Assembly: GCA_963808235.1 (NCBI GenBank)
Contig: CAWEEQ010000004.1
Coordinates: 2,368,001-2,432,000, forward strand
Origin: an uncultured delta proteobacterium
Lineage (GTDB): Bacteria > Desulfobacterota > Binatia > Binatales > Binataceae
Reading direction: 5' to 3'
DNA length: 64,000 nucleotides
The position numbers were made by a program, and so were the translations under genes. Positions 10,121-19,032 of the stretch are shown here, piece by piece. Every line of letters begins with the position of its first letter. Positions within the stretch are counted from its first letter, which is position 1. The notes beneath the pieces were generated by a model that had not been told where the DNA came from, did no database searches, and saw nothing but the letters and a program-made list of their open reading frames with translations.

Positions 10121-11007
10121 AGTTTGCGCTCCACTACAAATGTCGCGAGCTCGCGCAGCGCAATCGCGCGCTCGTCGAAGCTCGCGAGTGCGCAATGAGC
10201 CCGGCTTTCGAGCTCGCGCGCCAAGTCGAGCGAGCGCTCGACTCCCAAAATTGCGGGATAGGTTGCCTTCCCACGCTCGCTGTCTTTCTGCGTCCGCTTG
10301 CCCATCTGCTCGGAGTTGCCCTGGACGTCCAGCAGGTCATCGACAACCTGAAACGCGAGACCGAGCGCACGCGCGTACGCGTCGAGCGACTCGATTTGCG
10401 CCGGGGTCGCGCCACCCATCCGCGCGCCGCCGCGTACCGACGCCAAAAATAGCGCGCCGGTCTTTCTGCCGTGCAGTTCCTCGAGCTCCTCGAGCGTTTT
10501 CGTCTTGCCCTCGCCGAGCAGATCGATCACCTGCCCGCCGACCATGCCCTCCGATCCCGCGGCACTCGCAAGTTCCGCAATCGTCTCGAGGACAATCGGC
10601 GCCGCCACGCCCGCCGCGGTTGCGCGCGCAAGTACCTTGAACGCGTCGGTCAGCAGCGCATCGCCCGCCAGCGTCGCGATCGCCTCGCCATAGACTTTGT
10701 GATTGGTCGGCCGCCCGCGGCGAAAGTCGTCATCGTCCATGCACGGCAGATCGTCGTGAATCAGCGAGTAGGTGTGAATCATCTCCACCGCGCACGCCAG
10801 ATCGATCGCCGCCACGATCTTCCCGCCGACCGCCTCGCACGACGCGAGCGCGAGCACCGGCCGCAGCCGCTTGCCGCCCGCGAGCAGACTGTAGCGCATC
10901 GCCTCCATCAGGCGCGCCGAGGCGCCCGCGGGAGTGTCCACGCATTTCGCAAGCGCCAACTCAACCAACTGGGCGCGTTCTTTTAGATAGTGGTTGAGAA
11001 CGAACAC
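10117..11007 (-). CDS. ispA: Farnesyl diphosphate synthase / polyprenyl synthetase
   Basis: GGKRLRP, LIHDDLPCMDDDDFRRG (FARM), FQVVDDLLD (SARM). Confidence 0.93.
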   Translation of the reverse strand: MFVLNHYLKERAQLVELALAKCVDTPAGASARLMEAMRYSLLAGGKRLRPVLALASCEAVGGKIVAAIDLACAVEMIHTYSLIHDDLPCMDDDDFRRGRPTNHKVYGEAIATLAGDALLTDAFKVLARATAAGVAAPIVLETIAELASAAGSEGMVGGQVIDLLGEGKTKTLEELEELHGRKTGALFLASVRGGARMGGATPAQIESLDAYARALGLAFQVVDDLLDVQGNSEQMGKRTQKDSERGKATYPAILGVERSLDLARELESRAHCALASFDERAIALRELATFVVERKL

Positions 11008-11089
11008 TCTTCTTTTTTCTTTTCTCTCCCGATGGGGATAAATTTCCCCGGCGGAGTCCGGAACAGGCGCAGGCGTTGAAATCGCCCGG

Positions 11090-12094
11090 TTAGGATACGT
11101 AGTGACGGACCATCCGCCACGAGTCTTTCAGATTCTTGCCGAAATCGAGCGCGACCGTGCCTTCAAAGCCCGAGTGCAGCTTGCAATCGCGGCAGCGAAA
11201 ATCCTGCTTGGTCCGGTAGTACTCCCAATCGGTCGCCTCGTGCATTTCCGAAAGGGTCTTGTAGTGACCGTTGGTTATCAAATAGCACGGCCCCTTCCAT
11301 CCCTGCGGATTGCGCGTCACCGTGGTCCACGGGCTGCACTGCAGATCGCGCTTGCCAACCAGGTAATCAAGATAAATAGGCGTGTTGATTATCTTGTAGT
11401 CGTCGGACATGTCGCGAACTTTCACGAACTTCGCCGGCATCTCTTCTTTCTTCAGGTACTCCTCGTCGTTGTTAAGCACCTGGTAATGATATCCGGGGCT
11501 GAGCAGCATCCCATCAACACCGAGACTCGTCAGGTACTTGACCATCGACTCCAGTTCCTCGCTGGTGGTCTCGCGGAAGACGGTCGTATTCGTCTGAACG
11601 CGATAGCCCTTCTCCTTCAGCATCTTGATCATCTTTACGACGATATCGAAATGCCCATGCCGGTCGACGACGCGATCGTTGGTCTCGCGCATCCCGTCCA
11701 GATGCAGGTTGAAGCTCAAGTACGGACTTGGGCCTACTTGCTTGACGAAGCGCTCGAGCAAAATCGCATTGGTGCAGATCATGACGTGACGCTTTTGGTC
11801 CTCGATCAGGCCCATGGTCAGCGCCGCGATATGCTTGTACATCAGCGGCTCGCCGCCGCAGATTGAAACGATCGGAGCGCCCGCTTCCTCGGCCGAATGC
11901 AACGCCTCATCGAGCGGCATCATGTCGCGAATCGTTTCCTTGTACTCGACTATTCGCCCGCATCCGATACACGCGAGATTGCACGCATGCAGCGGCTCGA
12001 GCATCAACACCAACGGAAAATATTTTTCCCCCGCACGCTTCTTCGCGCGCATGTACTTGCCGAGATCGATCATCTGTCTTAGAGGAATGCGCAT
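11090..12094 (-). CDS. hpnH: Adenosyl-hopene transferase (radical SAM)
   Basis: FPLVLMLEPLHACNLACIGCG, GWKGPCYL, CRDCKLHSGFE; hopanoid operon. Confidence 0.92.
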   Translation of the reverse strand: MRIPLRQMIDLGKYMRAKKRAGEKYFPLVLMLEPLHACNLACIGCGRIVEYKETIRDMMPLDEALHSAEEAGAPIVSICGGEPLMYKHIAALTMGLIEDQKRHVMICTNAILLERFVKQVGPSPYLSFNLHLDGMRETNDRVVDRHGHFDIVVKMIKMLKEKGYRVQTNTTVFRETTSEELESMVKYLTSLGVDGMLLSPGYHYQVLNNDEEYLKKEEMPAKFVKVRDMSDDYKIINTPIYLDYLVGKRDLQCSPWTTVTRNPQGWKGPCYLITNGHYKTLSEMHEATDWEYYRTKQDFRCRDCKLHSGFEGTVALDFGKNLKDSWRMVRHYVS

Positions 12095-12136
12095 GATGGG
12101 CCGTTCTCCCTGGTAACTGGAAATATGTCCGGCGGC

Positions 12137-12805
12137 TTAGGCGCCGCCGGGTGATGAAGATGATGGCGACGACTTTGACGCATCGCCGAACAGCCATTCC
12201 CCGACCATCGCGATGGCCCCTTCCGGGTCGACCGCCTGCGCGCCGAGGAACAAATACTCGATCAGCAAACCGTTGAGCGCCGAGAGCAGGAAACCGGCTG
12301 CCACCTCGGGCGCCGAACGCCGCGGGCAGATTCCTTTCTTTTGCGCGCTCGCGATCAACTCGATCAGCATCGTCCGATAGCCGGTGTAGAGCTTGAGCAC
12401 CTGGTCGTTGAGGCTCTCGGATAGCTGCTGATCGTGGAGCATCTGCGCCAGGAAAAAGCGCACCGAGCTCGCATTGTCGCGTACGAAAAGCAGGTAGAAC
12501 TCGACCAGCTTCTGTATCTGGGCGCGCTCGTCCATCGCCGCCGCTTCTTCGGCAAAGTCGATAACGTACGGCTCGAGCAGCCGGTTCAGGACCGCGACGA
12601 ACAGCTCTTCCTTGGTCTTGAAATGCCAGAAAATCAGCGCCTTGCTGACCCGCGCCTCGCGCGCGACCTCCGACATCGACGTCTCATGAAAGCCACGACT
12701 CGCGAACAGGTTCATCGCGGCCTTCAGGATTTCGTCACGTGAATCCTGCGACTGCGTTCGTGGTTCGTTAGAGCTAGCGCCTACTTTGACCTGCGATGCG
12801 CCCAT
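12137..12805 (-). CDS. TetR/AcrR family transcriptional regulator
   Basis: N-terminal HTH ILKAAMNLFASRGFHETSMSEVAREARVSKALIFWHFKTKEEL. Confidence 0.93.
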   Translation of the reverse strand: MGASQVKVGASSNEPRTQSQDSRDEILKAAMNLFASRGFHETSMSEVAREARVSKALIFWHFKTKEELFVAVLNRLLEPYVIDFAEEAAAMDERAQIQKLVEFYLLFVRDNASSVRFFLAQMLHDQQLSESLNDQVLKLYTGYRTMLIELIASAQKKGICPRRSAPEVAAGFLLSALNGLLIEYLFLGAQAVDPEGAIAMVGEWLFGDASKSSPSSSSPGGA

Positions 12806-12927
12806 AATACCTATCTGAAACCCTTATCTTCCCCGTTTTCCGCATGGCGCCGGGCGGCCCGTCCTTAGCCAAATTCGGCCTACGACGCGCCGTTTCCAGC
12901 CGCAGCCGACTCCAACCGCCGATACCG

Positions 12928-13009
12928 CTAACCATTCGGTCAATCGAAGATTTATCGTCACACTGCCGAAATGTCAAGAGCATACAGTCCGAGCGGTCAG
13001 TCGGTCAGG
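12928..13009 (-). promoter_or_regulatory. Putative sigma70 promoter of the tetR-hopanoid operon with TGACCG-containing operator-like sites
   Basis: Minus strand TTGACA (12977-12972), 17 nt, TAAATC (12954-12949); imperfect palindrome TTGACCGAATGGTTAG just downstream and repeated CTGACCG upstream. Confidence 0.5.
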
Positions 13010-13051
13010 AAGGTTGTCGATGATGTTTCACGTGCGAAACTCGTTCGCTAA

Positions 13052-14095
13052 CTAGCTGATTTGATGGGTTAAATTTATTTCAAGTCCGTCGTGGACGGCC
13101 GACCGTCGGGCAGCGTCGATAAGCTCAAGCGCCGTCCGCGCCTCGGCCAGGTTGCGCCGCGCCGTCGGCGATTCGGTTCCTTCGGTAACTGCCTGTTCAA
13201 ACTCCGCCGCTACCGCGCCGAACCACGCCGAATGGTAGGAGTCGTCGGCAACGTCGGCGACGGACAGATTCTCGGCCGCATCAGTGCGGTCGGTCAGAGT
13301 CACGCGATCGCCTTCGATCTCTATACATGCGCGCTCGCCGTAAATTACCGCTGAAGTTCGCCGAATCGGCGCCCGCCACGATAGATGCGCCCGCGCGATG
13401 CATCCCGAAGAAAACGCGACGCGAAGGTCGGCCAGGTTTTCCGCATCGCCACCGGCGGGCAATTCAAGATGCGCCGAGATAGCGGTCGGCACGTCGCCGG
13501 CCAACAGCCATTGCATCAGGTAGAAGACGTGCCATCCGTGATCGATCAAAATTCCGCCGCCGGACTTCGCCGAGGCTCGCCACTTCCCGCCGCTACCGCC
13601 CGCACCCGCAGGCTCGGTACGGAGTCGATCGATCGAGATGAATCGAATGTCGCCAAGCCGCCCCGCTTCGATAGCTCTGCGCGCGACCGCATACGCCGGC
13701 GCATACTTCCAATTATGCACGCACATCAGCACCCGCCCCTGATTCGCCGCAAGCGCCGCGAGTTCATCAAACTCGCCGAGCTCGAGACATAGCGGCTTCT
13801 CGACGATCACATGCGCGCGAGCATTCAGCGCCGCGCGAACCGACTCAGCATGAAACCCAGGCGGACTGGCAATATCCACAAAGTCAGGCGACTCCCCGTC
13901 AAGCATCAACTCCAGGTCATCATAAACACGAACACTCTTAATCAGCCTAATAGCCTCATGCCGCCGCTCGGAGATTGGATCGTGAACAACTGTAAGCGAG
14001 ATATTCTCCCGCGACCACCAGCCAGGAAGATGCGCCCGAGCAGCAACCTCCCCAAACCCAGAAATCGCCCCCCGCAATTTCGCGCTAGTCACCAC
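13052..14095 (-). CDS. Gfo/Idh/MocA family oxidoreductase (inositol dehydrogenase-like)
   Basis: GFGEVA Rossmann motif, VIVEKP, GGGILIDHGWH. Confidence 0.9.
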   Translation of the reverse strand: MVTSAKLRGAISGFGEVAARAHLPGWWSRENISLTVVHDPISERRHEAIRLIKSVRVYDDLELMLDGESPDFVDIASPPGFHAESVRAALNARAHVIVEKPLCLELGEFDELAALAANQGRVLMCVHNWKYAPAYAVARRAIEAGRLGDIRFISIDRLRTEPAGAGGSGGKWRASAKSGGGILIDHGWHVFYLMQWLLAGDVPTAISAHLELPAGGDAENLADLRVAFSSGCIARAHLSWRAPIRRTSAVIYGERACIEIEGDRVTLTDRTDAAENLSVADVADDSYHSAWFGAVAAEFEQAVTEGTESPTARRNLAEARTALELIDAARRSAVHDGLEINLTHQIS

Positions 14096-14155
14096 CGCGC
14101 CGATCAGTTTCAGCTAAAGCGACGATACGAGCAACCGCCGCATCCGGACTCTTCA

Positions 14156-14232
14156 GTGGCACAGGCGTCTCCGCCCTGATTGATGCGAAAAAACTAATGG
14201 CACGGGCGTCCCTGCCCGTGAGATTGATTGCG
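14156..14232 (+). repeat. Tandem pair of REP-like hairpins
   Basis: GTGGCACAGGCGTCTCCGCCCTG-ATTGATGCG (14156) and ATGGCACGGGCGTCCCTGCCCGTG-AGATTGATTGCG (14197); the second forms a perfect CACGGGC/GCCCGTG stem. Confidence 0.65.
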
Positions 14233-14301
14233 CGAGCTTCCTGCTCGCGCCACCAACCCTCACTCCTCCTCAGATGCCCAAACCCATCGGTACCTACCTA
14301 C

Positions 14302-14541
14302 TCAAATCTCATCACGCAAAATTCGCGTCCCGACCACCAATGCAGTCGCGCCCGCGGTGGACATAAGTACCGCGCCGACGAAGTTATGCGCACGCACGCC
14401 CAAGATCTCGAAAATTATTCCGCCGACCACGCCGCCCACCAGCCCGAGCATGATGTCGCAGAACATCCCGTAACCGACGCCGTTGATTATTTTCCCGGCG
14501 AGCCATCCGGAGACCAGCCCGACGATTATCCATTCAAACAT
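14302..14541 (-). CDS. GlsB/YeaQ/YmgE family stress-response membrane protein
   Basis: WIIVGLVSGWLAGKII...DIMLGLVGGVVGG pattern; RBS GGAGG upstream of ATG 14541. Confidence 0.85.
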   Translation of the reverse strand: MFEWIIVGLVSGWLAGKIINGVGYGMFCDIMLGLVGGVVGGIIFEILGVRAHNFVGAVLMSTAGATALVVGTRILRDEI

Positions 14542-14723
14542 GATTCGCGATCCTCCCGGTTGATACCCGCGCCACCCCAAAAGTGGCGACAGCTTTCATC
14601 AAGCGTTAGAGCAAGAGCGCTGCCATCGGAAATCGCGATAGTTTCTGGGGGAATCGTGCGCAGTCGCGGGCAGTAACGATGCCGCATTCGAACTGCACGC
14701 CAGATTGTGACTGCGGCAGTATT

Positions 14724-15575
14724 TTAAATGTAAAGCGACGCCATCTTCTTGAGCGTGCCTTCCGAGGACTCGAAGGTGAGATCGCCAAGGCCGGCGACGA
14801 AGCTATGCGCGCCGGCGGCGGCGAACTCCTTCAACCCGTCCTGCACTTTGGCCCGATCGCCGGGGATGCCGCCCATTATCGTGATGTCGAGCTTTGAGAA
14901 ATCGCGTCCGACGGCGGCGCACTCGCGCTTGAGTTCATCGACTCGTTCCTTGAACGCGGGAGCATTCAAGCGAATTGGACACCATCCGTCGGCCCATTTC
15001 GCAACGCGTTTCAGCGCGTTCTTGTCGAGGCTGCCGATCAACACCGGCGGCCCGGACTTCTGCACCGGCTTGGGAAAGGAACGAATCGACGGGAACTTGA
15101 CGTAACGGCCGTCGACTTCGGACTGGTCTTCGGTCCAGAGCTTGCGCATCGCCGCGACCATCTCCGCCGTTTGCGTCCATCGGCGCGGGAAATCGACGTG
15201 GAACAATTCGCTCTCCTCCCGCAGCCACCCGGCGCCAATCCCGAACAGGACGCGGCCGCCCGAGTATGCATCCAAAGTTGCGATTTGCTTGGCGAGCGCG
15301 ATCGGCTCGTGCTCTGGGACCAAACAGATTCCGGTCGCGAGTTTCAGATTCTTCGTTACCGAGGCTGCCATGCTGAGCGCCACGATTTGATCGCCCATCT
15401 GATGATACACCGGCGGAATCGGGCCGCCGCCGGGAAACTGAGTTTTGGGATTGGAGGGCACCGCAGGATGCTCCGGAACCCAGATCGATTCAAAGCCGAG
15501 CGATTCGGCAACTCGCGCGAACTCCGCGGGATGCGCATTCTTGCCGGTAAAGGGAGTGAGTAGACCGATTTTCAT
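14724..15575 (-). CDS. LLM class (probably F420-dependent) oxidoreductase
   Basis: GFESIWVPEH, LAKQIATLDAYSGGRVLFGIGAGWLREE, PKPVQ. Confidence 0.88.
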   Translation of the reverse strand: MKIGLLTPFTGKNAHPAEFARVAESLGFESIWVPEHPAVPSNPKTQFPGGGPIPPVYHQMGDQIVALSMAASVTKNLKLATGICLVPEHEPIALAKQIATLDAYSGGRVLFGIGAGWLREESELFHVDFPRRWTQTAEMVAAMRKLWTEDQSEVDGRYVKFPSIRSFPKPVQKSGPPVLIGSLDKNALKRVAKWADGWCPIRLNAPAFKERVDELKRECAAVGRDFSKLDITIMGGIPGDRAKVQDGLKEFAAAGAHSFVAGLGDLTFESSEGTLKKMASLYI

Positions 15576-15600
15576 TGGATACCTCCGCGAAGGTAACGGC

Positions 15601-16077
15601 TCATTTCCAGGAGAAAAACTCTTGCGCGAATACGAACTTGCCGACGCCGGCAGCCTTGCCCGCCTGTCTGTCGACTTCCTGATCGCCGACCATCGTCGAT
15701 GAAGTCAGATCGACGCCGTATAACTCGGCAAGCTCGGTGATCATGCCGCCCTTGGGCTTGCGGCATTCGCATTTGTCGTCGTCGACGTGCGGACAGACCA
15801 GCCACCCGGTGAGGATGTCGCCGAGCTGGCGGTCGAGTTCCACGAGCGCGGCTTCGACGGCTTCCCGCTTGAACCATCCGCGCGCGATTCCGGACTGGTT
15901 GGTGACGACGAACATCAGATGGTCGTGCATCGGGCGGAGTTTCTCCGCCACGTTCGGCAGCAACTGGACGATCACGTTGCCCTTTGCATCGAGTGGCAGC
16001 GAGCGCGTCTCATTCAGCTTGACCAGCGTGCCGCCGAGATCGAAAAACAGCGCCGCGTTTCCATTCGGATTGGACAT
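15601..16077 (-). CDS. HAD-IIIA phosphatase (GmhB/HisB-N like)
   Basis: FDLGGTL, VTNQSG, CPH...CECRKP, MVGD; the second Asp of motif I is replaced by Gly. Confidence 0.85.
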   Translation of the reverse strand: MSNPNGNAALFFDLGGTLVKLNETRSLPLDAKGNVIVQLLPNVAEKLRPMHDHLMFVVTNQSGIARGWFKREAVEAALVELDRQLGDILTGWLVCPHVDDDKCECRKPKGGMITELAELYGVDLTSSTMVGDQEVDRQAGKAAGVGKFVFAQEFFSWK

Positions 16078-16092
16078 CGAAAAAAACTTATC

Positions 16093-17460
16093 TTACGCGT
16101 GGCGCCAGTCAACGTGGTCGCGGACGTGCGCAAACACCTCGTCGAGGATTGCGATGCCGGCTTCCGCCTGCGCCTCCGTGATCACCAGCGCGGGATTGAT
16201 TCGAATCTTGGGGAAGTAGCCCATGATGACCAGTCCGCGCTTCAGGCATTCGGCAAAAATCAGCTCGGTGACTTTTTTGCCGAGCTGTTCTTTGCTCTTG
16301 AGATCGCGGACCAGCTCGACGCCGATCAGCAGACCCTTGCCACGAACGTCGCCGATGAATTCGTATTTTTCCTTGAGTTGCACGAGCCGCGAGAGCATCT
16401 GCGCGCCGACTCTGCGCGAATTCTCGACCAGGTGCTGTTTTTGAATCGCGCGGATCGTTTCCGCGACCGCAACCGCGGCAAGCGGGTTCCCGCCGTAACT
16501 CGATGACGACGCGCTCGGTTTCGAAAACGGCTCGGCCTTGCCGAGTTCGTCGCCGAGCAACACGCCTGAGACAGGGAAGCCGCTGCCCATGCCCTTGCCG
16601 ACGGTCACGATGTCGGGCTTTACGCCGCTGTGATCGACTCCCCACCACTTTCCGGTCCGTCCGAAGCCGGTGATCATCTCGTCGGCGATCAGCAGCGCGC
16701 CGAAATCCTTGGCCACGGATTTTACCGCGGGCATCCAGTCGTCGGGCGGTATCACGTTGCCGGCGGTCCCCTGCATCGGCTCCGCCACGATTGCCGCGAG
16801 CGCGCCGCCGCTGCTCATCTTGATCTGTTGGCGCGCGAAATCGACGCAGTAGAGGCCGCAGTCGGGATACTTCAACTGGAAGGGACACCGGTAGCAGTCC
16901 GCATACGGCATCGTGTACTGCCCGCCCTGCAATGGTCCGTAGCCTTGCTTGGATTCATCGCCGATAAGGCCGATCACGCCGCCGGTCTTGCCATGGAATC
17001 CACCCCAGAAACTCGCGACTTCGTGTTTTTTGGTCGCCGAGCGCGCTAGCCGTATTGCTGCTTCGACTGCTTCGGCGCCGCCGCTGTACAGATGCGCACG
17101 ATTGAGGCCGGCGGGTGCGACTTCGCTCAGAAGCTTGAATGCCGCGGCCCGCTCCTTCGTTGCAAACGTGCCGACCATCAGCCGCGACGCCTGATGCGCC
17201 AGCGCCTCTGCGAGCGCAGGATGCCCATGGCCCAGGCTCGCCACCGCTACCCCGGCGAAGAAATCGACGTAGGTGTTGCCGTCGGCGTCGGTGAGCGTAG
17301 CGCCTTCACCATGATCGAAGGCGACACCGGCGAGCAGCGAAATCCGCTGGCGGCCGGGCGCGATATAGCGCTGTTCGGTGTCGAAAATTTCTTTCGACTT
17401 GGGACCAGGGATGGCAGTTTTGATTGCCGGCAGTTTACCGTCGATGTTTGAGCTGGCGAT
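16093..17460 (-). CDS. Class III PLP aminotransferase
   Basis: DADGNTYVDFFAG, FHGKT, AEPMQG, LIADEMITGFGRTG, DIVTVGKG. The open frame extends upstream of the ORF-track start to an ATC at 17460 preceded by AAGGA. Confidence 0.9.
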   Translation of the reverse strand: MASSNIDGKLPAIKTAIPGPKSKEIFDTEQRYIAPGRQRISLLAGVAFDHGEGATLTDADGNTYVDFFAGVAVASLGHGHPALAEALAHQASRLMVGTFATKERAAAFKLLSEVAPAGLNRAHLYSGGAEAVEAAIRLARSATKKHEVASFWGGFHGKTGGVIGLIGDESKQGYGPLQGGQYTMPYADCYRCPFQLKYPDCGLYCVDFARQQIKMSSGGALAAIVAEPMQGTAGNVIPPDDWMPAVKSVAKDFGALLIADEMITGFGRTGKWWGVDHSGVKPDIVTVGKGMGSGFPVSGVLLGDELGKAEPFSKPSASSSSYGGNPLAAVAVAETIRAIQKQHLVENSRRVGAQMLSRLVQLKEKYEFIGDVRGKGLLIGVELVRDLKSKEQLGKKVTELIFAECLKRGLVIMGYFPKIRINPALVITEAQAEAGIAILDEVFAHVRDHVDWRHA

Positions 17461-17473
17461 TTGCTTTAGTTCC

Positions 17474-18310
17474 TTATTTTAATTTCTGGCCCGTCACTGG
17501 GCGACTCAGCAGACCTATCGCGCGCCGCGCGATCGCGCGAGCGGCAAGCGCCCGGACCCGGCTGTAACTCGGCCAGTCGTTAAAGTCGATAATCGCAAAT
17601 CGATCGCCACTCAAGACCGCGTCTCCGCCCCATACCTCAAGACCGAGCGCTGCGGCGGCGGTCGAGGCGGCCTCCGACAGCGCGCGGACGCTCGCTTCGG
17701 GGACTTCCTCTTCGGGATGTGCGCTGAAATATGCGTTCCCGCTCACGCCATAAAATTTTACGACGCGGCCGGCGACTTCCTGCTGCAGGTAGGCGAAACG
17801 AATCCGCCGCCGTGCGAAATCAGCGAGTATCGATTCGATCTCGGCGCGCTCGGACGCGCGCTGCACGTCTTTGGGGCCAAGCGCGTGGAGATCGCCACGC
17901 TTTACGAACACGCCCGCCGACAGGTCGAGGCCGGCGAGTTTGCGCGCGTCCAATGGCTCGTCGGTCGCGACCAGCGCACCCACCGGCGTCGGTACGCCGG
18001 CGCGTTCGAGGCCGGGCGCGAGCAGGTCGCGATAGCAGTTGCGAATCGAGAGCGCGGAATTGACCGCAATCGCGCCCGCCTGCTCAGCCTCGGCAAGACG
18101 CTTGAGAGCTCGACCACCCTGGCACATCGGCAGAACTATGTCGGCACGCGCGGGCGCGCCGTTGCCAAAGCTGGCCGCGTCGATAGCCGCAGTCTCGACC
18201 CCTTCGCGCTTCAATTCCGTCAGGGTCGCGTCCATGATGGCCGCGTCGAGCTCGACCTTGCCGGGAGAAAATTCGGGTTCGCGGTAGATTCCCAAAGCGC
18301 GATAATTCAT
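17474..18310 (-). CDS. ATP-grasp fold protein, function unknown
   Basis: GVPTP, FVKRGD, LQQEVAGRVVKFYGV, LGLEVWGGD, IIDFNDWPSY. Confidence 0.7.
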   Translation of the reverse strand: MNYRALGIYREPEFSPGKVELDAAIMDATLTELKREGVETAAIDAASFGNGAPARADIVLPMCQGGRALKRLAEAEQAGAIAVNSALSIRNCYRDLLAPGLERAGVPTPVGALVATDEPLDARKLAGLDLSAGVFVKRGDLHALGPKDVQRASERAEIESILADFARRRIRFAYLQQEVAGRVVKFYGVSGNAYFSAHPEEEVPEASVRALSEAASTAAAALGLEVWGGDAVLSGDRFAIIDFNDWPSYSRVRALAARAIARRAIGLLSRPVTGQKLK

Positions 18311-19032
18311 TGGGTGCTCCGTAGCGCACGCCGGGCGGCATCGAGATCCGGCTCTTCGTCAACGTCAATCGCACCATCGATCTCGATTGCGCCGAGATGG
18401 AATTGCCGTTCGATCAGCATCGCAAGAAACCGGCGGAGCGCGTCGAGCCCGGCGCCTCGAGCTTCGCCGGCGAAGTCGAAAATCCGGGTCGACAAAAAAT
18501 AAAGTCCCGCCGTTACCGTTTGAGTCTGAACGCCGCCCAGCCGCACGATCAACCCATCTACTGTTACATCGGCGAAAAGCGCCCGGTTATCGCCGCGCCA
18601 TCGCGTAACGGCCAACACACCATCGAGATTTTTGTCGTTGGATAGCTCAATTTTTCGGCGCGCGTCATTAACAAATCTCGCCAATTCTGTCTGCGGAATT
18701 ACAGCGTCCACCGTCGCCGCGAGGAACCATCCCGGTTCCAGCAGCTCGCCGAGCGCGAGCATCGTCTCCATCGAATTGGCTGTGTTACGAACGACCAGTT
18801 TGACGTCGGGTGGGGTCGGGAGCCTCATTTCATCGGCGATACGCGCGGTTTCGGAGTTGATCACCGCGACGACAGATGATGCGCCCGCCGCGATCAGCGC
18901 GCGTGCCTGCCGCACCAGCATCGTCTCGCCGCCAAGCTCGACGAGCGGTTTTGGCAAGTCGGCACGCGTCGATTTGCGCAGCCGCTCACCGCGGCCCGCC
19001 GCGATGATTGCTCCTTGCAATTTCGTCACCAT
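18307..19032 (-). CDS. NTP transferase (sugar/polyol-phosphate cytidylyltransferase-like)
   Basis: AIIAAGRGERL...PKPLV signature; C-terminal IDVD. Confidence 0.85.
   Translation of the reverse strand: MVTKLQGAIIAAGRGERLRKSTRADLPKPLVELGGETMLVRQARALIAAGASSVVAVINSETARIADEMRLPTPPDVKLVVRNTANSMETMLALGELLEPGWFLAATVDAVIPQTELARFVNDARRKIELSNDKNLDGVLAVTRWRGDNRALFADVTVDGLIVRLGGVQTQTVTAGLYFLSTRIFDFAGEARGAGLDALRRFLAMLIERQFHLGAIEIDGAIDVDEEPDLDAARRALRSTQ

Noticed and set aside
13024-13041. parS-like sequence TGTTTCACGTGCGAAAC
   Set aside because: Has two extra bases relative to the 16-bp parS palindrome; single copy; no parAB nearby
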